DNA from: Basidiobolus meristosporus CBS 931.73
Lineage: Eukaryota; Fungi; Basidiobolomycota
Length of the DNA stretch: 64,000 nucleotides
NCBI GenBank assembly: GCA_002104905.1
Contig: MCFE01000157.1
Span: forward strand, 1 to 64,000
Direction: 5' to 3'
Shown: positions 22,480-33,481 of the stretch, in pieces
Position numbering within the stretch: the stretch's first letter is position 1
How the letters are laid out: every line of letters begins with the position of its first letter
Translations under genes and position numbers: made by a program
Notes under the pieces: generated by a model
Seen by the model: only the letters and a program-made list of their open reading frames with translations
Database searches by the model: none
Told to the model about the DNA's origin: nothing

Positions 22480-24591
22480 ATGACCGTGCGGCTATTCTTC
22501 AAATTCCTCCAGAACAAACACTTAGTATACATCACCTCACACTCTCGTACCATAAGAACTATCTCGACCTCCCAGTGCATCTCCAGAAAACCATCGGCCC
22601 TTTCAAACCATCCGCGGAGTTTTCTAATTTGCTATCAAAACAAGGTTGTACTGTTACGTAGGTTTTGCACCGCAAACACACATCTCGGGCTAAATAGCGA
22701 GTGCGACGTGGACACCGAGCTGAAAAATCTCGACACCGCTCTCGCTTCCACCGATTTCTCTTCTGTTTGGCAGAGCTACAACATTATCAGCAACAGTCAA
22801 CGTGGAAATCCGCTCAGCCCAAAGCAATGCTCCAAAATAGCCAGAACCCTTCTAGCCTCCACTCTCACCGCGGAAGAAAAACGAGCCCACATCTTACAGC
22901 TACTGACATACGCGAAAACACATAAGATACACTTCGAAACTGCCAAGGATTTCAGTCTGCTGATTTCGTTCTTGGTGGAGCACAGCAAGGGGAAGAATGG
23001 CAAACTGAGCGACATCGATGTCATCGTGGACCTTCACAACTCAATCGTGGAAAACGAGATCTACCTGGACGTCGTGGCTTACAACACCATCATCAATGCA
23101 TTCGCCAAATCCTCCGATCTAGCAAAAGCCACGGCCCTGTACGAGGAAATGCTGACCAAAGACATCTCCCCAAACGTAGTGACCTACTCGATTCTGATCC
23201 ATGCAAACGTTCAGGCAAACCGCTTCAAGAAGGCGCGAGAGCTGTACTCAGAGATGCTTTCACGCAACATCACCCCAAACGCTATCACGTACAACACACT
23301 CATTCAATCCTATGTGAAAAAATCCGACCTGAGGAAAGCTCTGGACTGCTACGAAGAAATGCTGACGAACGAGCTCCTACCGGACGTGGTCACCTACACC
23401 TCACTGATGATGGCGTTCATCAAGAAGTCCGACGTAAACAGCGCTATGCAGCTCTACAAAGAGATGATCCAGCGGGACGTGTACCCAAATATCGTCACAT
23501 ACAGCCTTCTCATCCGAACCCTCACGCAACGAAATGCCATCGAGAGCGCGATGACCTTCTACAACGACATGATGTCGAACAATGTCGTGCCCAACTTCGA
23601 CACTTTCCACTCGTTGATCCAAGCGCATATTGTACAGCAAAACATCCACGAGGCGATGGATCTCTACCACGATATGTTGGCCCTGGAGGTTGTGCCCGGG
23701 CTGCTGACGTACAACACGCTGATCAACGGGCATGTGCGTGCGAAAGACCTCGAGTCGGCACTCAGGCTGTACAGCGAGATGGGCAGGGTCAAGGTCAAGC
23801 CTGATGTGGTGACCTACAACACGCTGATCAACGGCTATGTCAAGTACGGAAGTTTGGCAGATGCGCTGAGGATGTACGAGGAGATGCGCCAGGCGAGGGT
23901 AAGGCCAGATGTGCAGACATTCACTGTGCTCATAGACGGTTCCGCCAGGGAAGAGGGCATGGCCAGAGCAAATGCGATATTTGAGCAAATGCTACTCCAG
24001 GGAGTGCGACCGACCGCAGTGACGTACAACACCATGATGAATGGGTATCTGAAGGCGGGTGATCTTCAGTCTGCTACCGAGATCCACGGAAGGATGCAGC
24101 GCGAGCGGATCGCGTCCACCGTTGTAACGTACTCGACGTTGATCAGCGCGCACGTGAGGAACTCCGACGTCGACCAGGCGGTTGCTCTGTTCAAGGAAAT
24201 GCTGGCGCGCAAGATCCGACCGAACGTGTTTACCTTCACCAGTCTGATCGACGGCTATGCGAAGAAAGGAGACATGGTCAAGGCAATGAAGATGTACCAA
24301 GACATGGTAAGCCAGCGAATCCAGCCCAGTACTGTCACATACAATGTGCTCATCAAAGGCCACGTGGACGATTGGAATCTGCGCCAGGCAATGCGTCTCT
24401 ACAAAGAGATGCTGGACAGGCAAATCATGCCCACCGCCATTACCTACAACATACTGATGGAGGCGTATCTCAATATCGATGATCCCCACGGTGCCATGAA
24501 ACTATACACCGATATGGAAGTCATCGGCGTACAGCCCAGTGATGTCACGAAGCAGCTTCTAGAACGGATGTCCAGTATTTCCCCGCCTTAA
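22480..24591 (+). CDS. Mitochondrial P-class pentatricopeptide repeat protein (14 tandem 35-aa PPRs)
   Basis: First in-frame ATG at 22480 gives an Arg/Ser/Thr-rich presequence-like N-terminus, followed by 14 uninterrupted repeats of the form P[DN]VVTYNTLI..Y.K.GD...A..LY.EM. Intronless. Confidence 0.95.
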   Translation: MTVRLFFKFLQNKHLVYITSHSRTIRTISTSQCISRKPSALSNHPRSFLICYQNKVVLLRRFCTANTHLGLNSECDVDTELKNLDTALASTDFSSVWQSYNIISNSQRGNPLSPKQCSKIARTLLASTLTAEEKRAHILQLLTYAKTHKIHFETAKDFSLLISFLVEHSKGKNGKLSDIDVIVDLHNSIVENEIYLDVVAYNTIINAFAKSSDLAKATALYEEMLTKDISPNVVTYSILIHANVQANRFKKARELYSEMLSRNITPNAITYNTLIQSYVKKSDLRKALDCYEEMLTNELLPDVVTYTSLMMAFIKKSDVNSAMQLYKEMIQRDVYPNIVTYSLLIRTLTQRNAIESAMTFYNDMMSNNVVPNFDTFHSLIQAHIVQQNIHEAMDLYHDMLALEVVPGLLTYNTLINGHVRAKDLESALRLYSEMGRVKVKPDVVTYNTLINGYVKYGSLADALRMYEEMRQARVRPDVQTFTVLIDGSAREEGMARANAIFEQMLLQGVRPTAVTYNTMMNGYLKAGDLQSATEIHGRMQRERIASTVVTYSTLISAHVRNSDVDQAVALFKEMLARKIRPNVFTFTSLIDGYAKKGDMVKAMKMYQDMVSQRIQPSTVTYNVLIKGHVDDWNLRQAMRLYKEMLDRQIMPTAITYNILMEAYLNIDDPHGAMKLYTDMEVIGVQPSDVTKQLLERMSSISPP

Positions 24592-24850
24592 CCATTCCCA
24601 CCCTTCATTTGTACTTCCGCCACATCTCTTAGTATAATCCGGCTCGCACCGGGAGATCGCATTCTTTCTGCATAATTCATATTTCTCATTACATAGAACC
24701 TTTACTCACCACCAATTCATACCATCACCAAATTCACTCACTTCTCATGTAATTTCTGTTCTTTCTTTTCTTTTTATTCAGTCAATGGATAAGGAAACAG
24801 CCATCATTAAATTGTTCGGATACGGTCCATACACCGCTTTCAGTTACCCA

Positions 24851-25922
24851 CTAGCAGCTGGCCCCGAACGAGATGTCCCAGTATGTGGAGTGAGAGCTGA
24901 AGCCGACAGGAAGGAAAACGCTGTTGATGCAGCTAGAATCCTCGCTGACCTTGCCGTTGATTACATCGTCACACGCAACGGTGGAGGCGTCCTTGCGAAT
25001 ATAGACCTCGTGGGGATGATGGATGTAGCCAAAGTTCTGTGGCGGAAGCCTGGGCACGGGATCATTCTTGTTGGTGATCCTAGCCAAGGTTGCGTAGGTG
25101 GTGTTCTTTCCAAAAGTCTCATAGACCAATTGGGCAAACTCCAGGTTCCCGGTTCTCGGCTGGCCGAAGGTATGAAGGTAGATTTGTGAGCGATCGATGA
25201 TCAATAGGTCCGGTTTGAAGCATTTCTCGCTTTTGGGGTTCAGATAATATCTCTTGATATCCATGGCGCAAAAGGCCGCCACCGAGCCTCCCTGTACACA
25301 ACAGTCTGATTTAGCGTACTCAAGGCTGAAGGCCATCTGGTCACATTTACTTACCAGAGAGTGGCCCGTGATGACCAGTTTGTACGGCTCCGTTTCGTTC
25401 TTTAGCGTCGTTAGTATATCCTTCAGCCCAAGACGAACCTTCTTCTCCACGCTCGTGTAGGTGGTATAGAATCCGCTGTGAACCTTTACTTTATCAGTTG
25501 CGGTGGGGTATACGAATTTGTCCTTGGCAAATGCCAGATTTTTGGCCCAGTTCGACCAGTTCGAGGAGCTGTGGAAATAGGATCAGCCAGAGTTCACTCT
25601 TGCAACATAATGCTTCTTACCCTCGAAACGATATAACAATCTTCCTCTCCGGCTTGCTGTATCCCAGATATCCAGCAATGCCACTACCTTCATCCGAGAA
25701 GTACGAGGTTACGTTGAGCTGTCCTTGGCAGTCTTGACCGCATGTCCAGCTTTCCACTTTGGTCTGTGGACAGTAGGCGGCGGACGCATATTTAGCATGT
25801 GCCTTCAAAATTCCCAAATCGCTGCCACTCAACACAGGGCGGTCTTGGCGCTTGATAATGGGCGCTGCCCATACCGTACCACTCAAGGTCAACAAAGAGA
25901 AAAGAGATGGGAGCCACTTCAT
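24851..25922 (-). CDS. Secreted class-3 triacylglycerol lipase (Rhizomucor/Rhizopus type), 3 exons
   Basis: Signal peptide MKWLPSLFSLLTLSGTVWA; YASAAYC; IVISFRG; KVHSGFY; GHSL|GG nucleophile elbow split by an intron; RITNKNDPVPRLPP; GYIHHPHEVYI; SHSTYWD. Confidence 0.93.
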
Positions 25923-26301
25923 AGCCTCTAGCAAAGCAGACTGTTCCTTTGTGGCTTTTCAATCTCAGCAACTACATATTTATTGAAGATCCCCCGGCCC
26001 ATAAACGGACGAAAACCAGTTGGAGTGGGACAGAATGCACACTTGAACATGCTTTTCCAATGAACACTGATCTCTCCTCTCGTATTCTAGCGTCACTTGC
26101 TTCTCCAATTATCGCGCTTGACAATGTAAGTACCAATCTGCATGAGGGGCAGTTACACTGGAGTATACTGGTGAGAAAAATGCCGAACAAGAGCCAGTGA
26201 AGGATCCACGAGATGGCAAGTTCACAGAGCATGTATTTAAGCAGATCCCAAAAACGGAGTCAGTGTACGTGGTAAATTACCCGGAGCGGTAAGAATACCG
26301 A

Positions 26302-26835
26302 CTAGATACCCCAGGCGGAGACTGGAATCAGTTGTAATTCTTCAGGGGTAAATAGAGTAGAAATCAGCTCGTATATATCCATGGGTGCCTTCTCCAAGGA
26401 TGCCTTCTCAGCCGCAAGCAGGTCCAACCTATCACGGGCGTATTGAGTAGGGGTTACTCCTACCCGCTTCTTAAAAAGCCGACGAAACTGCGTGATACTG
26501 AGCCCTGCATCTTCAGCTAATGCGGAGACGGACACGCGTGAATTCTCTGGCTTTGCCAATGCTCGACAAGCAAGGGCTATAACGTCCACAGTAGGCTGGC
26601 TTTTGGCTATTTCGGGGCGACAGCGTTTGCAGGGTCTATAGCCCGCCTGTCGGGCTTCGAAGGAGTGGTCATAATAAACAACATTTGCCCGCCTTGCTAG
26701 ACGTGACGGGCATGTCGGTCGACAGAAGATTTTTGTTGTCTTGACGCAATACACAAATTCTTGTTCTGCCAAAGGGTCGCGCCTGGTCAGGGCTCTCCAC
26801 CGTTGATCATCTGTCCTGTAGTTGCTTTGATTCAT
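26302..26835 (-). CDS. adaA: Ada-like methylphosphotriester repair / adaptive-response regulator (Ada Zn-binding domain plus AraC HTH)
   Basis: From ATG 26835: DDQRWRALTRRDPLAEQEFVYCVKTTKIFCRPTCPSR...GYRPCKRCRPE (Ada N-terminal Cys cluster), then SVSALAEDAGLSITQFRRLFKKRVGVTPTQY (AraC HTH). Intronless. Confidence 0.92.
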   Translation of the reverse strand: MNQSNYRTDDQRWRALTRRDPLAEQEFVYCVKTTKIFCRPTCPSRLARRANVVYYDHSFEARQAGYRPCKRCRPEIAKSQPTVDVIALACRALAKPENSRVSVSALAEDAGLSITQFRRLFKKRVGVTPTQYARDRLDLLAAEKASLEKAPMDIYELISTLFTPEELQLIPVSAWGI

Positions 26836-28004
26836 TTCAGTGGTGGAATTATGGACTTGACCGGTGATTCTGGTGCTCGGTTTTATAGTACATCCATTAT
26901 GACGTAAAGCTCCACAAATTGACCAATTGAGTGTGACCCTTATCAAACCATAACTTAAAATGCAGTCCAACTTCTGCTGGCTTGTGATTTGGGAAGACGG
27001 GAGATAATCATATTCCAAATAAATGAAGTGGAAGAACGGTGGTGCCTACATTTTGCACTAGGAGTGTCTGCCATGTTATCAGAATGTCTATTAGGAAAAT
27101 CTGATTACTACTCCACTCATTTTGGTAGGGTTGAGGGTTAGGTTACCCTCAACTTTCAGGTTGGCGTGCTTGGCAGAGAACCCGAAAAAGCCGACCAGGC
27201 TTCGAGAAGAATTTTGTCTTAGCTCTCCCTCAGGTATGAACAAATCCGTAACTGACCTTGAGTGGAGGTATCGACAGGTTTCTTCAACTAGTAAAGGACT
27301 GTAGGTCTTGGATATTTATATATACATATTTCAATTTTGTTCCTTTGTTCCTGACTGTCCCGTTCTTTTCTTGCTACTCTCTGTTTGTGATTAGGCTTCC
27401 CAAGAGACGTAGCCAAGGACATAAACATGAAACGAGGGTAGAAAACAAGCAACATGCCGCCCTTTTGTAATACCAACAAGCCAATTCCTGAAGATATTTT
27501 CCTCTAGTCACTGATACAAGAGATTGGGTCCTTGAAAAATGGCCTTTCTGCCATCGTTGTCTACCCTCAATTAAAACGCCATGTGAGCGCTTTGTCCACA
27601 ATTAGCAAGAAAGCCCACATGGGGGACATTGTAGACTGTTATAGGGGCCTCCTACCGCTTTAAGGATGAAGGGTGAAAATACATCCCAATAGCAGTCTGG
27701 TTAGATCGTTCGAGAAAGAGTGTGAACAAATGAAAGTACCAAACATAAAATCGATCTAGAAGTCGGAAGAACCATACTAGCGGATTTTTGAACTGGTTGT
27801 CAGCTGCCTAACCTTTTATATCTATCCTTGGGCTTTAAATACCATCAGCCCACTATCCTTGAGCGTCATCATCATCATCATCATCTACACTCACATCTCT
27901 CTTTGTGTTCGCTCTCCTGCCAACAAAATACTACTCCACCTTTCCCAGTCACACTCACTAATACCACTCCACCCTTCTCAACTACACTCAACACACATAG
28001 CATA

Positions 28005-29375
28005 ATGGTCAAAAGTTTGTCCGAAATCTTTGGAATAGTCCCCAGCGAAGTGCAACGCCAACAAAGGTTCGAGAAATCCGAAAGGATGATCGAGAAACGA
28101 TGGGGTCCTCGAGATAGTGAACGCTTTTCCATAGTCATGCGCTACTGGGCAGCGACAAGGATGCAGCAACACTGGGACTACCTTCGCCGTGATCATCCTA
28201 AGAAATTCAAGTATCTGCTCGAGCTAGGCTATATGGAACCAGTGCCAACGGAATGGGTCCATGATCGACGACTCACAAACAAATGCATTGGCATAACCTG
28301 CTGGGATACGCTGGCAGAGAAACGGCTTTACTATCTGATCAATCACGGAAGCTCGCCCGACGGTGTCAAACACCCTCCCCTCCGACCCCTCAACATCGAA
28401 AGAGACTTCTATACCATTATGAAGCAAGCCAACGAACGTATGGCCCGTCAGTGTCCACTCGATGCAAGCCGCTTGGCCATGTATCAAAGTCCAGGAGACG
28501 TGTTCCAGTCAGACAAACAAACAAAATCCCACCAGTATTCCGACCAAGTTCAGAACGTGGTTTACGAGGCCCGGAGAAATGCCCTCCATGCCTTGGCCGA
28601 GGGACTTCAGAATGGCACGGACCATATTGAGACCATGTTGCTTATTGACGTCTCCGGCTCGATGGGTTGGAACCCTCATCAAGGCGTCACAGGCCCCGAC
28701 GGCGTTGTTCGTTATCATGATCAACCTCCCAACATATGTCTTGTGGAGCACCTTGTCCACCGTGTCCTGAATCACATGATCCCCCGCGCGCAACGGGAGC
28801 ATCCTAACCAAGTCGGGATTGATACCGTCACATTCTCTAGAGCAGGCCGCTATATTGGTCAGTTATCTGCCAAGAATTTCCAACGAGATTGGAGAAATGG
28901 TATCTCCATCGGAGGTGGCACCCAAGTCATGCAAGGCTGGCAGGTAGTCAAGGAGACATACTTTCAGCATCAGAACAAGAACTATGGACACGGACGATAT
29001 GATAGCGTCTATGGTTGGCAGCCTACACCCGGGATGCCGAAATTGTCCCTTCTTGTGTTTCTAGACGGTGAGGCCACAGATATGGACGAATTTGAACTGG
29101 AGCTTCTTGGCGAGACTTGGGCGTATGTCACGGTCGTGTTGGTCGGAATGGAAAACTGTCCCCATCATCATGCCCATGCTATCGAGCTGGAACGTGTGGC
29201 GAGATTCAATCCGCATATTGGCTTCTTTGATGTCCATGGGCGTGTCTGCGAGCGTATGGTTGTGGAAGAATTGTTGGCTTCAGTGTATCCCGTGGATCCA
29301 CCCAAATACGATGAAATATTGAGGCCAGAGTTTGACTTACCGGCTGATGCCCCTCCAGTGTATTCAGCTTTGTAA
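28005..29375 (+). CDS. von Willebrand factor A (MIDAS) domain protein with an unknown N-terminal half
   Basis: First ATG at 28005 (the ORF track extends it from an upstream TTG). MIDAS motifs LLIDVSGSM (DxSxS), GGGTQV (T) and LLVFLDGE (D). Intronless. Confidence 0.8.
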   Translation: MVKSLSEIFGIVPSEVQRQQRFEKSERMIEKRWGPRDSERFSIVMRYWAATRMQQHWDYLRRDHPKKFKYLLELGYMEPVPTEWVHDRRLTNKCIGITCWDTLAEKRLYYLINHGSSPDGVKHPPLRPLNIERDFYTIMKQANERMARQCPLDASRLAMYQSPGDVFQSDKQTKSHQYSDQVQNVVYEARRNALHALAEGLQNGTDHIETMLLIDVSGSMGWNPHQGVTGPDGVVRYHDQPPNICLVEHLVHRVLNHMIPRAQREHPNQVGIDTVTFSRAGRYIGQLSAKNFQRDWRNGISIGGGTQVMQGWQVVKETYFQHQNKNYGHGRYDSVYGWQPTPGMPKLSLLVFLDGEATDMDEFELELLGETWAYVTVVLVGMENCPHHHAHAIELERVARFNPHIGFFDVHGRVCERMVVEELLASVYPVDPPKYDEILRPEFDLPADAPPVYSAL

Positions 29376-29499
29376 ACAATAAACCTCTCGTTGAGTATAC
29401 TGGCTGGTAACAACCTGCTGGCCCTTCTTGGCGATGCTGACATGAAGATGGTCCATTTTTTGTTGGGAGGTGATGCTTGGTGTCGAATTGGAAGTGATT

Positions 29500-31200
29500 C
29501 GGAGGACTGGAGGATATGTGTGGCAGTCACTTTGCTCACATAAAGAGCTTGCGTCAAGGATATCTCGAAAAGTTCACAGGAAGCTATGTTCAAATTTTGT
29601 ACCTAACCCTTGCTTCTTCCCTAACCCTTATCACCTGCTTTCTGTGGGCTACCGAGGCTCTACCAACATTCGATAAACAGCAGCCTTGGGGTAAACGTGT
29701 TTATTCTTGCGTGGTCTTTAATCCTCCTGCCGAAGGTGCTCGTTTGAAGCCTGGCCGGACTGTTACTCTTGCTCGGGAGCTGGGTGAGGATTGCGGCCTT
29801 GGTGGCGATTCTGTCCCTACGTATGACCTCAGGTTGTACACCAGTTTCGAGTATTTCTACAAAACGAGTTCTTCAATCTCGATAGCAAAGAGGACATGAG
29901 GTTCCTAGAGGGCATCTGTGAGGACTTGAAGCTATGGAATAGATCTGTATCGCATCTCACGGTCAAACATACCATCGATGCATTACTGACAACTAGTCAA
30001 TACTACATGAAATCCGTAGCAATATATCGGGGCCGAATGGTGCGTATTTCTGAAGCAGAAATTCATTTCCATCTGTCAATCGAATTGATGGAACAAACCC
30101 GACTGGGTGCTCACTATTGTACGCACTGACTTTGAATGGTTCGGCCCCTCTATTCCGCACCAGGTGATTCTAGTATTTTTGGCATTGAACAGCACTCCCT
30201 CACCAATATGCCATGGACAAGTACCGCTTCCACAGAACACAGTGAAGTGGGGATTTCCTGCTCTACACTCTGACGGGGATGTCTCACGTGGGCCATAAGG
30301 GTATGAGGACGTACATTACTGCGGATCCTTGTACACCACACGGCAACCAAATCGTCAAAATGGTGCGGATGATTGACTCTGCAAACATTTGGCGACATGC
30401 AAAAAATAAGTTCAGGAAGTCATGAATGCCAAAGTACCCATATAGCACCTCAATGCCAAACATGTAAAACATCCACAACTTTTGACCAGTTGCTGGTACA
30501 ACATGTGTAAAGAGCCTTTCTCTGCGATGCAGTGACTTGCATTAGCAGTAGCTCTACACTGGAGAAGTAGGAAGGATATATTGTATTCATAGTTTTCTAT
30601 ATTATGCAATCACTGAATTTGCATTGTTCTTTGCTTCAATAGATTTGGAAGATCAGAAAAATGTTGCCAGGTGGCATACATGGAGCTATATGCCCTTGAA
30701 TTGCAATGGTATTTCAATCAAATACTTGGCTCATTTATTTTTCTTTCCAGAAATAATTGCAATGAACCCATTGACCGTAGTGAGAACTATTTATTAAAGG
30801 CTGGCATAGTACTAACACTGCATAGGCTGAGTTCCCAGTTTCTCTAAACTTACAGGCTGCAATATCTCATGTCCTAGCTATTTGGCAGTCTAGCAGCCAT
30901 ATCTACCTGGAGGAGCCTGGGCTAAATCACATTCATAGAACATTTGCCAATATGCTGCTCATGACTTTCACAAAGAATACATATGAAAACCTGAAGGAAA
31001 AGCACCAGGGGAATGCCAGCAGAATGCTATTAGATTACTCCTAGAATACTGCCAAATAGTCAGTTGAGTTCCAAGTATTAGATTTTTCATAGTGCAATGG
31101 GCTGTCCCAAAATAGAGAGCTTGTGGCTGTGAGGTATTGATGCTATTGGGAGACTGTACAAAAGCCACCAAGGAGAAGCTGTACCCTGAGCTTCCAAGAG
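29500..31200 (+). pseudogene. Unclassified decayed reading frame straddling the CpG-rich/CpG-poor boundary
   Basis: Stretches of open frame (29850-30129 FRVFLQNEFFNLDSKEDMRFLEGICEDLKLW...; about 30240-31040 with stops mostly TGA/TAG), broken by frameshifts; no family recognised. Confidence 0.3.
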
Positions 31201-31243
31201 CACTTGGTCAAATTTTTCTGGATTAACAAGCTCATTTGACTTT

Positions 31244-33481
31244 CCCTGTGAAAAATAGTTGCAATGATCCTGTCAAAGTGCCATCACAAAATTACAATCC
31301 CATGACTAAGAGGTATTGATCCCATCAAGACACCATGCAAAGACTGTTAAAAATTTACACCTTAGATTTCATCCAAAACTTGGTTGAAATATTTCATCAC
31401 AACAATACATAAGTGCCTTTTGATTGGTTTTCTGCCAATTCTCTCACTTTCTGATCTTGGACACTCAATCAACTCCTGTGTCTGTGTACATGGATTGGCT
31501 ATTGCTACTTTTTCACACTCTTTACTTCCTGACTCAACAGAGGCTCTTATTTTACATGCATACAAATTGGTTTCTTTGTATGGAAACTTCAGTTTTAACT
31601 CAGTTACCAATTGTACTGACCTATAGAAGTCCCTATACCCAACACTGACATTAAGCCCAACCTAACACTGAGTAAGTAACTCCATTAAAATCCACCATTC
31701 AATTAGTGCCTCTGCTAAAACTCCCATTTTCCATGACTCAAGTGGGAACCCTGAAGCTTTATGCCATTGTTCATTCACAGGTTTGCATATGTCCTGGTCT
31801 TCAGCCAGCACTGCAAAGTCTAGCACCTCATCTGCCAGTCCTTGCAATATATCCTTGCAGTATTCAATTATGTTTTCTGGAGCACTGTCCTTGAAGTAGT
31901 GCTGCAGCCTTTTGCTGCACCTGTTGTTGCCCCAAAATTCCACTGTAGGTATTGTGAAAGTCTTCTAAGTTCTTGATATTGTTACTTTGTCTGTGGGATT
32001 ACCACTCTGTCTTCAATGGAGGACATGGAGGCTGTGGTAGACAACTTGCCTTTCACTGCAAACTTATCTACCTCACTGGAGAGTAGTTCAACTGGCTGCA
32101 CCTCCAACTCTTGAGAAAATAGATGTTGTCTTCTTGGTAACTTTTAATGACTATTATGAGATTCTGCCTGTTCTTAGCTGACAGCATTGATTGGTGAGAA
32201 CCAAAACTTTTTTCTAATGCTTGCCTGTCCCTGCCTTTGGTAGACTTTTCCCCTTCACCTTCATCCTTAATGCTACCAGATCATTCATTGCTTTTTGACT
32301 GAGTGCTTCTTGTGTGGTGGTACATTTTCTATGGGATTCAGCCTGCTCTAGGTTGACAGTGTTTTTTTGCTGAGAACTACTGCACTTTCTTACACATCCC
32401 TGTCTCTGGCTTTGGTAGACTGCTTTCCCTTTACCTTTCCCTTTATCACTGCCAGGTCTTTGATTGCTACTCTGTGTGAGTGCCTCTTGTATTGAACTAT
32501 GTTTTATCTTTGATAGATGATGCACTGATGCATCTATATACACCTGCTTGTCTCTTACCAGCACATTTCTGACTGTTGTAAAAATTTGTAATTCCACCTA
32601 AATATTCACCTAACTTAGTCACTTAGATCATTACCTTCAAATCCCAGAGAATAATGACCAAATTTCTGGTTGGGATTTACTTAGAATATTTTCACCAAAA
32701 TACCAGGTACCCAGAACATGAAAATTCTCAAAGTTGTCCCAACAGCCCCAAACTTTGCACATATGTTCTTAGGACCTTCCTTAACCTATTCTACATGCTT
32801 GTTGTGCCATGACCATGTAAAAGTATAAATACTACTTTTACACTCATTAAATCATAAAGTGAAACCACATAATATACTTGTCCTCTCAATCACTTCCAAT
32901 ATCTCCAAGACTCTTACAACAATGACAACCTGGCATTCCTTTGCCACTTGTTTTGAGCTTTTGGCCTGGCTTACAATGGGCTTGTAAGGAGGCTGCTTGC
33001 TTTTAGCCATGTCACCCTTGTTCTTGTGCTTTTAGTAGTTTCTGCTATTTTTGAGATACTTTCTCAGCTTGCTAATGCTGGCCCAAAATCCATTTACTTG
33101 CTTGAATCCTGCAAAATGATCATGGAACAGATATAGCGCATTCTGCTTGGCCTTGTGTTCCTATTGGTCCCATGGTGTGCCAGCCTTAAAGTGATGGCAT
33201 GCTAGACCTCTTAAGGCCTCCTGAATATTAGCCCACTTTTCATCATTGGACTCAATGGCTTCACCAATCCTCAGTGACTTGATATGCTCAGGCTTTGTCA
33301 TGGGGATTGCAATCTCTCCCTTATATGCTGTGATAGGTTTTTCAGTAGGCTTTATCATTAGGCACTTTTATTGTTCTTCAGAGACTTTACAGTGTTCCTC
33401 TGCTATTATATTGGGAAATGGCCCAATACTTGGATGAGATATCAAGCTGCTTAAGCTCCTTCTTTGCTGTAAAGATACTGT
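31244..33481 (-). mobile_element. CMC/EnSpm-like transposon copy 1: accessory-ORF end with terminal repeat
   Basis: Starts CCCTGTGAAAAATAGTT at 31244; reverse-complement homology to 49900-51673; carries a solo LTR; truncated at 33481 by copy 2. Confidence 0.8.
32574..32921 (+). mobile_element. Solo Ty1/copia LTR, 348 bp
   Basis: TGTTGTAA...TTACAACA termini; flanks CTGAC / ATGAC (5-bp TSD, 1 mismatch); reverse-complement homologue of the copia 5' LTR at 41457-41804; host sequence is continuous in the copy near 43770-43820. Confidence 0.92.

Noticed and set aside
27124-27152. Telomere-like GGGTT/GGTTAGG motifs and the GTTGAGGGT...ACCCTCAAC hairpin (similar GGTTAGGGTT near 12280)
   Set aside because: Only 1-2 imperfect units, not a telomeric array; the 9-bp hairpin could be chance or a small TE remnant.
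27828-28004. Poly-His N-terminal extension of the vWA protein
   Set aside because: It depends on a TTG start and comes from a (CAT)n microsatellite and a 33-bp duplication in the likely 5' UTR; the first ATG is at 28005.
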